From: an uncultured Phocaeicola sp.
GTDB lineage: Bacteria > Bacteroidota > Bacteroidia > Bacteroidales > Bacteroidaceae
Length of the DNA stretch: 64,000 bases
Direction: 5' to 3'
Assembly: GCA_964611375.1 (NCBI GenBank)
Contig: CAZSYY010000006.1
Span: 12-64,011 of the forward strand
Position numbers and translations under genes: made by a program. The notes beneath the pieces are model-generated. The model searched no databases. It saw nothing but the letters and a program-made list of their open reading frames with translations, and was not told the origin of the DNA. Positions 1 through 11,073 of the stretch are shown in pieces (position 1 is the first letter of the stretch; every line of letters starts with the position of its first letter).

Positions 1-242
1 GTAACGGAAGAGTGGAGGGCTTTACAATGTGTATTTTATCGGATACTTACCTACCTTCAGGCATTTCACATACGAAAAATTATTCCCTTTGATGCGTGAT
101 TGCCTTGATGACAAGACCATTCCCAATCTTTCAGAATGGGTAAGTTATCTTTATAGACGATATATACTTGTTTCTTAAAAAGGTGATTTATTAGTTTCAT
201 GACAATATATATGGATATTCAGTAGTGACATTCTGTAAATAT

Positions 243-302
243 CATAAAATTAGCCAACCAATTCATAATATTTTGTATATGAACCAGCTGGCTAATTTTA
301 TG
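243..302. terminator. Inverted-repeat hairpin downstream of nqrF, probable terminator
   Basis: Arms CATAAAATTAGCCA and TGGCTAATTTTATG with inner TTCATA/TATGAA pairing, just past the nqrF stop. Confidence 0.65.
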
Positions 303-323
303 TTATTTACCAAATATCTCTAA

Positions 324-1595
324 CTACCCTCCGAAATTGTCATACATAATGGCATTACTGTCAACGCCCAAACTGTCAAGCATTTTGATAACAGCATTCG
401 ACATCGGTCCGGGTCCGCACATGTAATATTCAATATCTTCCGGAGATTCGTGAGCTTTCAAGTAAGTCTCATACATCACCTGATGCACAAATCCCGGAGT
501 ATATTTGACTCCGGCTGCATCAGCTGCCGGATCAGGACGGTCGAGAGCCAAATGGAAATGAAAGTTCTTGAAATCCTTTTCCAACTGTAGAAAATCATCA
601 AGATAGAATACCTCGTTCAGTGCGCGTGCACCGTAAAAATAGTGCATCACACGGTCTCTCGTATTCAGTGAACGGGTCATGTGCATGATCTGTGCACGCA
701 ACGGAGCCATTCCTGCACCTCCTCCCACCCATATCATTTCCTTCTTCGAGTCGAATATAGGATGGAAGTCACCGTAGGGACCACTCATTGTCACTTTGTC
801 TCCCGGTTTCAGCGTAAATATATAAGAGGAGGCGATACCGGGCATCACGTCCTGGAATCCTACCTGTGGTTTCGGCTTGAATGGAGGCGTGGCGATACGG
901 ACTGTCAACATTATCCGATCCCCCTCAGCCGGATAATTCGCCATCGAATAGGCACGGACGGTTTCTTCAGTATTCTTGCATTTCAAGCCGAACAGACCGA
1001 ATTTTTCCCACGACGGCATATATTCGCTGCCAATCATGCTCTTGTCTATATCCTTGTCATAGTCCATTTCAAATTTCGGTATCTTTATCTGTGCATACGA
1101 ACCCGGTATGAAGTTCATGTGTTCGCCTTTCGGCAGCGCCACAATAAATTCCTTGATGAACGTGGCCACGTTTTTGTTTGATATGACTTCACATTCCCAT
1201 TCCTTAACGCCCATGACAGATTCGGGTACTTTGATGGACATGTCGCTCTTCACTTTCACTTGACAGCCCAGACGCCAATGGTCTTTCTGCTGCTTGCGGC
1301 TAAAATGACCGATCTCGGACGGAAGGATCTCCCCTCCTCCTTCAATAACCTGACACTTGCATTGCCCGCACGAACCTTTACCTCCGCATGCCGATGACAG
1401 GAATACATCGTTGACAGCCAGCGTATTCAGCAGTGTAGAACCAGATTCAACGTTCAGTTCTTTGTCACTGTTGATGGTCAGTTTCACATTTCCGGAAGTG
1501 ACAAGAAAATTCTTCGCCACCAGCAATATAACCACCAATACAAGGATGGTAACCAGAAACACACCTATACTTGCCAATATAAAATTTATATCCAT
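324..1595 (-). CDS. nqrF: Na+-translocating NADH:quinone reductase subunit F
   Basis: N-terminal TM; 2Fe-2S motif CGGKGSCGQC; RAYSMANYP, GGGAGMAP, YYMCGPGPM; C-terminal DNFGG. Confidence 0.98.
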   Translation of the reverse strand: MDINFILASIGVFLVTILVLVVILLVAKNFLVTSGNVKLTINSDKELNVESGSTLLNTLAVNDVFLSSACGGKGSCGQCKCQVIEGGGEILPSEIGHFSRKQQKDHWRLGCQVKVKSDMSIKVPESVMGVKEWECEVISNKNVATFIKEFIVALPKGEHMNFIPGSYAQIKIPKFEMDYDKDIDKSMIGSEYMPSWEKFGLFGLKCKNTEETVRAYSMANYPAEGDRIMLTVRIATPPFKPKPQVGFQDVMPGIASSYIFTLKPGDKVTMSGPYGDFHPIFDSKKEMIWVGGGAGMAPLRAQIMHMTRSLNTRDRVMHYFYGARALNEVFYLDDFLQLEKDFKNFHFHLALDRPDPAADAAGVKYTPGFVHQVMYETYLKAHESPEDIEYYMCGPGPMSNAVIKMLDSLGVDSNAIMYDNFGG

Positions 1596-1607
1596 AGTCT
1601 TCTTCCG

Positions 1608-2231
1608 TTAAATGTCCAAACCAGAGAAACACATAAAAGCCATCGCCATAAGCCCAACGGTGATGAACGTGATGCCCAGCCCCCTCAACGGAGCAGGAAC
1701 ATTCGAGTAGGCCATCTTTTCACGGACAGCCGCCAACCCTACAATGGCAAGCATCCATCCCAGTCCCGATCCCAAAGCGTATGAAATGGAATCCCACACA
1801 TCTCCGATGTATTTTGCATCAGACGGACTGAGGTTGATACGCTGTTGCATGAAAAGAGAAGCTCCCATGATGGCGCAGTTCACGGCTATCAGCGGCAGGA
1901 AGATGCCCAGCGAAGCATAAAGTGACGGACTGAAACGTTCCACCACCATCTCGACAAGCTGTGTGATGGCTGCGATGACGGCAATAAAAAGTATGAAGCT
2001 CAGAAAGCTAAGGTCAACTCCCAAAATACCGTCGGCCGCCAGAACCTTGGTCTGGAGCAGATAGTTGACAGGAAGCGTCACCACCAGTACAAACGTGACG
2101 GCTATACCCAACCCGACGGCAGTCTTCACATTCTTCGATACGGCAAGATACGAACACATACCCAGGAAGAAGGCAAAGATCATATTGTCCACAAATATAG
2201 AACGGACCAGCAAGCTAAAAAAATGTTCCAT
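1608..2231 (-). CDS. nqrE: Na+-NQR subunit E
   Basis: [12 protein letters not shown] and [10 protein letters not shown] motifs; operon position. Confidence 0.97.
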   Translation of the reverse strand: MEHFFSLLVRSIFVDNMIFAFFLGMCSYLAVSKNVKTAVGLGIAVTFVLVVTLPVNYLLQTKVLAADGILGVDLSFLSFILFIAVIAAITQLVEMVVERFSPSLYASLGIFLPLIAVNCAIMGASLFMQQRINLSPSDAKYIGDVWDSISYALGSGLGWMLAIVGLAAVREKMAYSNVPAPLRGLGITFITVGLMAMAFMCFSGLDI

Positions 2232-2249
2232 AATTCTCAGAATTGATTG

Positions 2250-2888
2250 TTATTCGTTTTCCTGCAGTTCTTTATGTCTCGAACGCTGATACCAGATGAA
2301 GCAAGCCACGATGATGAGAGCCATCGGAGGCATCAGCATCAGCCCGTTGTTTACGTAACCGGCATCCTTCACCGCATCATAGTTAAGTATGTTATACCCA
2401 AGCAATGTTCCGGATCCGAGAAGTTCGCGGATGAATGCCACCATCACCAGAATTTTTGCATATCCCAGTCCGTTCCCAAGACCGTCAAGACATGACTCCC
2501 ACGGTCCGTTTGACATGGCAAAGGCTTCGAGCCGTCCCATCAGGATACAGTTTGTGATAATAAGACCCACATAAACTGAAAGCTGTACACTCACATCGTA
2601 AGCGAATGCTTTCAGCAGTTCGCTCACTATCGTCACCAAAGCAGCCACAACCACCAACTGGACGATGATGCGTATGCGGTTCGGTATGGTTTTTCGTATC
2701 AATGAAATCACTACATTCGAGAATGCGGTAATGACGGTGACAGACAAGCCCATCACGATTGCCGGTTCCAGTTTGGAAGTCACGGCCAAGGCCGAACATA
2801 TGCCCAACACCTGTACCGTAACCGGGTTGTTCATGCTTATAGGAGCCGAAAAGACCTCCTTGTTTTTTGTTGAAAATAGATTTCCCAT
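2250..2888 (-). CDS. nqrD: Na+-NQR subunit D
   Basis: QVLGICSALAVT and GLIITNCILMGR motifs. Confidence 0.97.
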   Translation of the reverse strand: MGNLFSTKNKEVFSAPISMNNPVTVQVLGICSALAVTSKLEPAIVMGLSVTVITAFSNVVISLIRKTIPNRIRIIVQLVVVAALVTIVSELLKAFAYDVSVQLSVYVGLIITNCILMGRLEAFAMSNGPWESCLDGLGNGLGYAKILVMVAFIRELLGSGTLLGYNILNYDAVKDAGYVNNGLMLMPPMALIIVACFIWYQRSRHKELQENE

Positions 2889-2903
2889 CGTTTGGTCTCC
2901 TTT

Positions 2904-3584
2904 TTAGTCTTTTGATGTTAAAAAATTGCAGTAGTAAGCCAGACAATTTTTCAGCATGGAGTCCACTCCGACAGAAGTGATCGTTCCGCCGGATATGCCG
3001 TCCACCTGAAAGTCCGGCTTGTCAACCTTTCCGAACTTCACGACACTAAGACTGACATCATTACCGTCCATCACGTGTTTGCCCTTAAACTCGTCCTGAA
3101 AATGTTCGCCAGCAATCTCAGCTCCAAGACCGGGAGTCTCGGAAGCATGTGAGAAATATGTGCCGTACACCGTATTTCTGTCGTCATTGAGAGCCACATA
3201 TCCCCATATTGCTCCCCAGAGACCGGCGCCAAATACGGGAATAACATATTTTGTCTGACCGTCAACCTCGCACACAAATACGTGCGCACGGCCATTTTCC
3301 TTTAATTCCTTTTCATATCCGGTCACAAACGCCCCTTCATAGGGAGTCAACGTACCGTCTTCAGACACAATCCGGTCAGCCTTTACCACTTCAGCAAACA
3401 TGGTTTCAACATCTGCGGCATTCCGGATACCCAATGAAGACAGGATCTGTTTTTTGGTGTCAAGCTCTACATTCTTCCCCTGCAAGTCACTCAGGGAAGA
3501 GTTGACGAAAGCCAGCAGAAATGCCACGATTACAACCAGAACCGAAGCATATATTATAGTATAGGAATTACTGTTCGTGTTCAT
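2904..3584 (-). CDS. nqrC: Na+-NQR subunit C
   Basis: Start trimmed to MNTNSNSYT; GLWG, ETPGLG and FMN-attachment motif DGISGGTITS. Confidence 0.96.
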   Translation of the reverse strand: MNTNSNSYTIIYASVLVVIVAFLLAFVNSSLSDLQGKNVELDTKKQILSSLGIRNAADVETMFAEVVKADRIVSEDGTLTPYEGAFVTGYEKELKENGRAHVFVCEVDGQTKYVIPVFGAGLWGAIWGYVALNDDRNTVYGTYFSHASETPGLGAEIAGEHFQDEFKGKHVMDGNDVSLSVVKFGKVDKPDFQVDGISGGTITSVGVDSMLKNCLAYYCNFLTSKD

Positions 3585-3597
3585 TGCTTTTCGTTTT

Positions 3598-4770
3598 TTA
3601 TTTATTAGACACTGCACGTTTGGCACGCCGTGAGATATTGTTTTCCACCACTACATAGTCTATCAGCGGAGCGAATATGTTCATCAGCAGAATGGCGAGC
3701 ATCATTCCTTCGGGATAGCCCGGATTGAGCACACGGATGATTATGGCCATGGCACCGATAAGGAAGCCATAGACAAACTTTCCGTTCTCGGTACGTGAAG
3801 AAGTCACTGGATCCGTAGCCATGAACACGGCACCGAAACAGAATCCTCCCAGACACAGATGTTCGTACCACGGCATGTGGGCGATGGCCGTATCCGGTCC
3901 CCATGCGTTGAAAATCAATCCCATCACTGCGCCGCCGACAAACACGGACAGCATCGTCCTCCAGCTTGCCACACCGCTCCACAGCAAAATCACGGCACCG
4001 ATGGCGATGGCAATCACACTCGTTTCACCGATAGAGCCGGGGATGAAACCGGCAACCATGTCCCATGAGAACTCCGGACATTCGGCTGTCTTGGCAATGC
4101 CCAGCGGAGTGGCTGCCGTCAGTCCGTCAACTGATGCGCCCAGACCCAATACGCTGTTGCCTGACACCCAGACCGCGTCTCCCGACATGCTGGCGGGATA
4201 GGCGAAAAACAGGAAAGCACGGGTAACGAGCGCAGGATTGAAAATGTTCATTCCCGTCCCTCCGAACACTTCCTTTGCGAAGATGACAGAAAAAGCAACC
4301 GCAATGGCCAGCATCCACAGAGGACATCCTACCGGCACAATCATAGGTATAAGAATACCGGAGACCAGGAAACCTTCCTGTATCTCTTCCTTCTTCCACT
4401 GAGCCACTGCAAACTCGATACCCAGTCCCACCACATACGAGACGATGATCTTCGGCAGTACCGACAGGAATCCGTAAGCGAACATCTGCCAGAAGTTGCC
4501 TTCGGTACCTGTGGCATGGAAATGCTGATAGCCCACGTTGTACATGCCGAACAGCAGGGCCGGCATGAGCGCAATCACCACAAACGACATTATACGCTTG
4601 CTGTCGATGGCATCGTGGATGTGTGTCCCCGTCTTCGAGGTGGTGTTCGGAACGAACAGAAACGTCTCAAACCCATCGAATACGGAACGGAAAGCATGAT
4701 ACTTGCCTCCCTCCTCGAAGTTTGGCCTTATCTTGTCAAGATAGTTTCTTAATGCATTCATTATTGTCAT
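3598..4770 (-). CDS. nqrB: Na+-NQR subunit B
   Basis: KEVFGGTGMNIFNPAL, FMN site TAATPL, GSIGETS, FMATDPV, YPEGMML. Confidence 0.97.
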   Translation of the reverse strand: MTIMNALRNYLDKIRPNFEEGGKYHAFRSVFDGFETFLFVPNTTSKTGTHIHDAIDSKRIMSFVVIALMPALLFGMYNVGYQHFHATGTEGNFWQMFAYGFLSVLPKIIVSYVVGLGIEFAVAQWKKEEIQEGFLVSGILIPMIVPVGCPLWMLAIAVAFSVIFAKEVFGGTGMNIFNPALVTRAFLFFAYPASMSGDAVWVSGNSVLGLGASVDGLTAATPLGIAKTAECPEFSWDMVAGFIPGSIGETSVIAIAIGAVILLWSGVASWRTMLSVFVGGAVMGLIFNAWGPDTAIAHMPWYEHLCLGGFCFGAVFMATDPVTSSRTENGKFVYGFLIGAMAIIIRVLNPGYPEGMMLAILLMNIFAPLIDYVVVENNISRRAKRAVSNK

Positions 4771-4779
4771 TGATTTAGA

Positions 4780-6132
4780 TTAGCACATTTCTTTGCGGAG
4801 CATATCCAAGCCTTCGCGTACGATACGCTGCAGTTCCATCTTCGAAGAGCATACGAACTCACACAAGGCAAAATCTTCCGGAGCCACTTCGTAGATGCCC
4901 AGAGCCTCCATCCTGTCAATGTCACCGGCTATTATTGCCTTGATGAGGTATTCGGGAAGGATGTCCATCGGGAACACGCGGTCGTACTCGTTCGACATGA
5001 TCATGTGGCGTTCTCCGCCTTTTACGCGTGCATCGAGCACATATTCCTTTTTTCTGCCCGTGAGCCAGCTGAAATAAGAGTGGCTCGTGCTGAAGTCATT
5101 GGGGCGCGGCATAATCCATCCCAGCATCTCATGCTTGTTATTTCCCTCAGGAATCACGGTCAGCTGGTTGTGGAAGGCTCCGAGAAATCCGTTGGACGCC
5201 ACCTGCTTGCCTGTAAGCACGTTGCCGCTTATATATCGCAACTCCTTTCCTCCGGTCACGTTTCCGGCAAATACACCTGTAAGCATTGCACCTGCCTTCA
5301 GCTTGCAGTAGAAAGGTTCAAGCACTTCCGAACCGGTTACAGCCACCGTACGTGTCAGATCGACACGGCCGATATTGAACAGCCTGCCTATGAATATCAC
5401 AACCTGCGGGTCAACGGTCCATACGGTTTCCCCCTTGTTCACGGGGGCCACATGGTTGATCTGCACACCAACGTTTCCTGCCGGATGCGGACCGTCAAAC
5501 AACGTCACCGTGACGTTTTTCGCCTGCACCAAAGCAGGGGCCTTCTGCCTTGCACTGACTCCCAGATAGGTCTTTGCTATTTTTGCCAAAGCATCAAGCC
5601 CTGTCTGGAAATCATCCTCCTGGCCCTTGAGCACAAATTCGAAATCAGGAGCGAGCGGACTGCTGTCGAATGCCGACACGAATACGGCGCGGGGAGCCAC
5701 GCCCGGGTCGGCCACCACGTCATACGGACGCTGGCGGACAAAGGCGAACAGTCCCGATTCGAGCAGCGCATCCTTCACTGCCTGCCCGTCCATCGAGGCC
5801 ACATCCTTTCTGCCGTACTCCACAAAGTCCTGTTCGGCAGCAGCTTCCACCGTAATGTTCATTATTTTCCGCCGTGCACCCCTCTCCACGCTTGTAACTA
5901 CGCCGCTGACGGGCGACACGAACTTCATCTCAGGATGGTTCTTGTCTATAAACAAAGGACCTCCAGCCATGACATATTCCTGTTCCTTCACGACCATTTT
6001 CGGCGAAACGCCAGTGAAGTCATCGGGACACAAAGTATAAAATCCCGGTTCGTCCACTTTTTTCACCTCAGCAACAGCCTTACCTTTCAGGTTTATGTCC
6101 AATCCTTTGCGCAATTTAATGATATTTGCCAT
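4780..6132 (-). CDS. nqrA: Na+-NQR subunit A
   Basis: IKLRKGLDINLKG, GPHPAGNVG, EDFALCEFVCSSK. Confidence 0.97.
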   Translation of the reverse strand: MANIIKLRKGLDINLKGKAVAEVKKVDEPGFYTLCPDDFTGVSPKMVVKEQEYVMAGGPLFIDKNHPEMKFVSPVSGVVTSVERGARRKIMNITVEAAAEQDFVEYGRKDVASMDGQAVKDALLESGLFAFVRQRPYDVVADPGVAPRAVFVSAFDSSPLAPDFEFVLKGQEDDFQTGLDALAKIAKTYLGVSARQKAPALVQAKNVTVTLFDGPHPAGNVGVQINHVAPVNKGETVWTVDPQVVIFIGRLFNIGRVDLTRTVAVTGSEVLEPFYCKLKAGAMLTGVFAGNVTGGKELRYISGNVLTGKQVASNGFLGAFHNQLTVIPEGNNKHEMLGWIMPRPNDFSTSHSYFSWLTGRKKEYVLDARVKGGERHMIMSNEYDRVFPMDILPEYLIKAIIAGDIDRMEALGIYEVAPEDFALCEFVCSSKMELQRIVREGLDMLRKEMC

Positions 6133-6169
6133 GTTAGGTTTATAAAAATGGTTTCTGTTTTTTCAGACG

Positions 6170-6177
6170 CAAAAATA
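6170..6177 (-). promoter_or_regulatory. Bacteroidetes -7 promoter element for the nqr operon
   Basis: TATTTTTG (TAnnTTTG) on the minus strand about 37 nt upstream of the nqrA ATG; a second copy at 6220-6227. Confidence 0.6.
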
Positions 6178-6526
6178 GCGAAAAAAGGATGAATTATCTC
6201 CTATTTGCCTGTCTGATTGCAAAAATATTTTTCCATATACATCAATTTCTGTCTTGTCTGTATCATTTTGCAATATAAAGGATGCAAAGTTTTGAATCGC
6301 CGCAGGGCATCAACTCAAACATGCTTATACTTCAGGCAAAACCTCAGCTTGTTTTCGATAAAGCCTCCGCGCGTTTTTTTCAGGTTGTTTTCATGTATAA
6401 AACTACAAATTCTTCTCCTTAGTGTCCTGTGCAGGACGTGAAATTTTTCAAATTACCGGCTGCGAAAAGATAGTTATTCAAGCGATATTTGTATTTTTGT
6501 CTGTTACATTTACTACTTCTATACGA

Positions 6527-9500
6527 ATGAGCCTTGCCACATGCATAAAGGGAACTATTCGCTTCACCATAATTTTCTTATTGGTGTGCTATTTCGGATT
6601 GATCGCTCTGATCAATCTTTCAGGCATACAGCGCCGGCTTTCGGACTGTGTGTCAGCCGAATTGTCCTCCTTATTGCAAACGGAAGTAACAGTGGGTAAT
6701 ATCGATCTCGGTTTCCTTAACCGGATCATCATACAGAACGTCAAGATTAATGACAGACAAAATCGGGAAATGTTCCGCGTGTCACGCATCTCGGCAACAT
6801 TTGACATGCCGTCATTGTTCCACAGGAAAATAAGCATAAGCAGCGTGCAGCTGTTCGGCCTGGATATCCGTATGAACCGTGAGAATCCGGACATGCCACT
6901 CAACTGTCAGTTTATCATTGATGCCTTCGCGCCGAAAGACACGGTGAAAAAAGAAATGAACATTGATTTGAGGATCAACTCCGTACTCATACGTCGCGGA
7001 CAGATAAGCTACGATGTGGTGTCTGTACCGGAGACGAAGGGGCGGTTCAATCCCGGCCATATTGCCATAAACGATCTCTCGGCTACGGTCTCCCTGAAGG
7101 CACTTCGGACGGATTCGCTGAACCTGCAACTGCGGCGCATGAGTTTCAACGAACAGAGCGGACTGCAACTGAAACGTTTCCGCTTCAGGCTGACGGCTAA
7201 CCGCGAAAGAATCACACTTGGGGACTTTTCGCTGGCTCTTCCCGGCAGTGTCCTGTCTGTGGATACGTTTCTCATTTCCGACTTCTCTCCCGATGAGTTT
7301 CCCAACATAAACGAACAAATACGCTATTCCGGAAACGCACGTGCGACAGTCACTCCTGCCGACCTCTCCATGTTCTTTCCGGCCCTTTCGCATTTCAGTG
7401 ACACGGTCGGCATGCAGATGCGCTTTTTCGGACGTGGCAAACGCCTGTCGTGCCCGGAATTTGTCGTATCAGGTGCGGGGAAAGAAGTTATGGTACGCGC
7501 TGAGGGAACGCTTGATGCCAATTCGAATACTCTCCCACCTTATCTTTACGGAAATGTGTCACAGGTATATTGCAGCGAAGAAGGAATGAAATGGCTTGTC
7601 CGTAACATTAACGGAGGTTCATCCATACCCTCAACCCTTGAGCGTATGAAGTTTCTGCGTTTCGGGGGACAGGTGTCCGGCTATCCCACTAAGTTCACTG
7701 CACACGGTCTGTTGCAGATAGACCCTGGATATGTCAATGCCAATGTGACCATGTACACCGATACTTTGAATGGGGTCAAAACCTTATCAGGACAGGTGGC
7801 ATCCGAAGACTTCGGACTCGGACAATTGCTCGGCAAAGAAAACCAAATAGGAAAAGCCTCGTTCAACCTCGAACTTAAAGACCTCAAATACAGCAACCGG
7901 CAGTTCGAATCATACATAAAGGGAACGGTAACCGCATTGGAATACAACAACTATACTTATTCCCAGATCGTTTTGGACGGAAACGTCAGGCCCGGATGTT
8001 TCAACGGACATATGTCAATCGACGATCCCAACGGCAGTGTTCGCTTCGACGGCAGTTTTGTCACCGACCAGGTCGTACCAGCCATCAATCTGAAAGCTGT
8101 CATGAAAAATTTTCGGCCTAACAGACTCAACCTGACAAATAAGTATGAGGACACCGAATTCTCCCTTAATCTTACTGCCGACTTCAGAGGGAATTCCATC
8201 GATGACATGCTGGGGCAAATCACGATTGACAGTCTTACCATAGACTCGGAAGACAACAATCTTGATTTCTTCATGCCTTATTTCAATATAACGGCAGGCT
8301 CTTCCGAAAGTGATGACGGGAAGGCTATCCGGATAAACTCTCCGTTCTTACACGGAACATTGCAGGGACAATACTCATACCGTTCAATTGCTGCAAGTAT
8401 CAGAAAACTCATACGGAAGTATATCCCATCATTGCTTTCGGAAGGACGAGAAACGCACGAAACAAGCAACAAATTCCGTTTCAGCCTGTCAATGGAGAAC
8501 AGCGACATACTTTCAAAAGCGTTCAACATACCATTAACACTGCAGATGCCTGCAAACCTCAACGGGCATGTCAATGACAGCACCGGCGATATAAGTATCA
8601 GCGGATATCTGCCGCAATTCAGCTATAATGGGAATCAATATGAAGCGGGAACATTGCTGTGCAAGAACACTAATGACACACTGGAGTGCCAGTTTCGGCT
8701 AAGTGCGTTGATGAAGAAAGGGATTATGTTCAATTTCTCCCTATTTGCACAGGCCAATGACGACAGAATGCACACCACCCTGTATTGGGGAAACAATGCC
8801 CAAAAAACTTTCAGCGGGAAATTGGATGCCGTTACAACATTCTTTCCGAAATCCCCAGACAAGCCGTTCGGAACAAGAATCGACATTAATCGGAGCGAAA
8901 TAGTCCTCAACGATACTGTATGGCACGTACACCCTGCCACTGTTTCGCTGGCAAAAGACAGCATCGAGATACGTAACTTCCTTTTTGAGCACGCCGACCA
9001 GCACCTGCGCATCAACGGACGGATAGGAAAGACTGACAACGACTCATGTATTGCAGAACTGAAAAACATCGGTTTCCGGTATATAATGGACATGGTACAG
9101 TTCCACGACGTAAGTTTCGACGGACAGATAAGCGGAAAGGCACAACTCCTTCATCTGCTTAAAGAACCGTCCATGAAAGCCAAGCTCAAGATAGACAATT
9201 TCCTGTTGAACGGGGCGCTGCTCGGAAACGCGGACGTTACAGGTATGTGGAACAATGAAGCAGAAGGGATTCATCTGTATGCCGATATCAGGAAGGACAA
9301 AGACTGTACTACCATAGTGGATGGACACATCTCGCCCAAACAAAAAGGACTTGACCTGAACATTCAGGCCGGAGGTACCCCATTGTCATTCCTCCAGCCT
9401 TTCGTACAGAAAATATTCGATGGCGTATACGGGGAAGCATACGGAAGAGTACGGCTTTTCGGACCATTCTCACAACTGGATCTCGAAGGTGCGGTAAAGG

Positions 9501-11062
9501 CAAGAATGGGCATGAAAGTGGGCATTCTCAACACCGGTTTTGAGGCCCATGCGGATTCTGTCCGCATAACGCCGGGTGAGATCCGCTTTACCGATGTCAG
9601 GATATCGGACACTGAAGGACATATGGGAACGGCAAACGGCACGCTGTACCACTCGAATATGAAGGATATACGGTATAGGTTTTCTTTCAACACGGATAAC
9701 ATGCTTGTATATAACACTTCGGCATCCACACCTGAATTTCCGTTTTACGGACAGATATACACTACAGGCAACATTCTCATACGTGGAGGCAGGAACCAGC
9801 TGAACGTAGACGGGACAGTACGTGCCGATGCACAAACAAACTTCTTTTATGTGTTCGGAAGTGCGGCCGAAGCCACCAACAGCGGATTTATCACATTTGT
9901 GGATCATACCCCACGCCGCAAACAACTGGACACCGAAACGGAAATTTATCATTATCTCAATGCGAAGACTGAAAAGAACGATGAAGGCGAACAAACCGAC
10001 GTATATATAAATCTGCAGATTGAACCGACAGAACAGGCAAGCATGAGAATCATAATGGATCCTGCGGCTGGTGACAATATTCTGGCGCACGGTACCGGCA
10101 ATCTGCGCATCAACTTCTTTAATAAGGGTGATTTCCAGATTTTCGGTACTTACAATATCACTGACGGAATATACAAGATGAGCCTTCAGAACGTCATACG
10201 CAAGGATTTTACGTTGCAACCCGGAGGAACAGTTACGTTCAACGGCAATCCGCGCAATGCCACCATGAACGTGCAGGCCGTCTATACGGTCAATTCGGCC
10301 TCGCTCAATGACCTGATTGCTGACGCTTCGTCTTCAAAGGGAAATGTCCGTGTGAACTGCCTGTTGAATCTTAGCGGAAACCTGACTTCGCCGGATTTGA
10401 AGTTCGACATAGAACTGCCTACGGTAAGCGATGAAGACCAGGAACTTGTACGCAGCCTGACAAGTACGGAAGAACAGATGAACACGCAAATAATCTATCT
10501 GCTGAGTGTAGGGAAATTTTATACGTATGACATAGCGGCGGAGAACTCCACCATGTCGGATCCCACCAGCTCGTTGGCGTTCAACACTTTGTCGGGACAA
10601 CTAAACAACATGCTCTCGGAAGTCATAAACAGTCAGAACTGGAACATTGGCACTAACCTCACTACGGGTGAAAGGGGATGGAGCGATGTGGAAGCGGAAG
10701 CCATACTGTCGGGACGATTGCTGAACAACCGTCTCATCATCAACGGAAACTTCGGCTACCGGGAAAACATACTGCAGAACACCAATTTCGTGGGAGATTT
10801 TGAAGCTATCTGGCTTCTGACTCCAAGCGGGGAATTCCGTCTGCGCGGATACAACGAGACCAACGACCGCTACTTTACAAAGTCGACATTGACGACTCAA
10901 GGCATCGGTTTGATATACAACAAAGATTTCAGTCATTGGAGCGAACTGCTTGATTGGTTTCTCCGCCGTCGTCGCAACCGTTCCACCCAACAGAAACAGG
11001 AAGATGAAAACAAGGCTGCTGCACAAAATGAGACAACGCCTTCAGTACAGAATCAAAATTAA
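6527..11062 (+). CDS. tamB: Translocation/assembly module TamB (DUF490) family protein
   Basis: About 1511 aa; single N-terminal TM, long beta-rich body, Bacteroidetes TamB-like C-terminus (LLNNRLIINGNFGYR, TQGIGLIY); start trimmed to ATG 6527. Confidence 0.85.
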   Translation: MSLATCIKGTIRFTIIFLLVCYFGLIALINLSGIQRRLSDCVSAELSSLLQTEVTVGNIDLGFLNRIIIQNVKINDRQNREMFRVSRISATFDMPSLFHRKISISSVQLFGLDIRMNRENPDMPLNCQFIIDAFAPKDTVKKEMNIDLRINSVLIRRGQISYDVVSVPETKGRFNPGHIAINDLSATVSLKALRTDSLNLQLRRMSFNEQSGLQLKRFRFRLTANRERITLGDFSLALPGSVLSVDTFLISDFSPDEFPNINEQIRYSGNARATVTPADLSMFFPALSHFSDTVGMQMRFFGRGKRLSCPEFVVSGAGKEVMVRAEGTLDANSNTLPPYLYGNVSQVYCSEEGMKWLVRNINGGSSIPSTLERMKFLRFGGQVSGYPTKFTAHGLLQIDPGYVNANVTMYTDTLNGVKTLSGQVASEDFGLGQLLGKENQIGKASFNLELKDLKYSNRQFESYIKGTVTALEYNNYTYSQIVLDGNVRPGCFNGHMSIDDPNGSVRFDGSFVTDQVVPAINLKAVMKNFRPNRLNLTNKYEDTEFSLNLTADFRGNSIDDMLGQITIDSLTIDSEDNNLDFFMPYFNITAGSSESDDGKAIRINSPFLHGTLQGQYSYRSIAASIRKLIRKYIPSLLSEGRETHETSNKFRFSLSMENSDILSKAFNIPLTLQMPANLNGHVNDSTGDISISGYLPQFSYNGNQYEAGTLLCKNTNDTLECQFRLSALMKKGIMFNFSLFAQANDDRMHTTLYWGNNAQKTFSGKLDAVTTFFPKSPDKPFGTRIDINRSEIVLNDTVWHVHPATVSLAKDSIEIRNFLFEHADQHLRINGRIGKTDNDSCIAELKNIGFRYIMDMVQFHDVSFDGQISGKAQLLHLLKEPSMKAKLKIDNFLLNGALLGNADVTGMWNNEAEGIHLYADIRKDKDCTTIVDGHISPKQKGLDLNIQAGGTPLSFLQPFVQKIFDGVYGEAYGRVRLFGPFSQLDLEGAVKARMGMKVGILNTGFEAHADSVRITPGEIRFTDVRISDTEGHMGTANGTLYHSNMKDIRYRFSFNTDNMLVYNTSASTPEFPFYGQIYTTGNILIRGGRNQLNVDGTVRADAQTNFFYVFGSAAEATNSGFITFVDHTPRRKQLDTETEIYHYLNAKTEKNDEGEQTDVYINLQIEPTEQASMRIIMDPAAGDNILAHGTGNLRINFFNKGDFQIFGTYNITDGIYKMSLQNVIRKDFTLQPGGTVTFNGNPRNATMNVQAVYTVNSASLNDLIADASSSKGNVRVNCLLNLSGNLTSPDLKFDIELPTVSDEDQELVRSLTSTEEQMNTQIIYLLSVGKFYTYDIAAENSTMSDPTSSLAFNTLSGQLNNMLSEVINSQNWNIGTNLTTGERGWSDVEAEAILSGRLLNNRLIINGNFGYRENILQNTNFVGDFEAIWLLTPSGEFRLRGYNETNDRYFTKSTLTTQGIGLIYNKDFSHWSELLDWFLRRRRNRSTQQKQEDENKAAAQNETTPSVQNQN

Positions 11063-11073
11063 ATCAGACAATA

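Noticed and set aside
1-178. Short open frame ending ...LSEWVSYLYRRYILVS* at the window start
   Set aside because: Preceded by an in-frame TAA at 2-4, with no recognisable homology; cannot be judged without upstream sequence.
5005-6192. 395-aa plus-strand ORF
   Set aside because: Antisense shadow of nqrA with no recognisable motifs.
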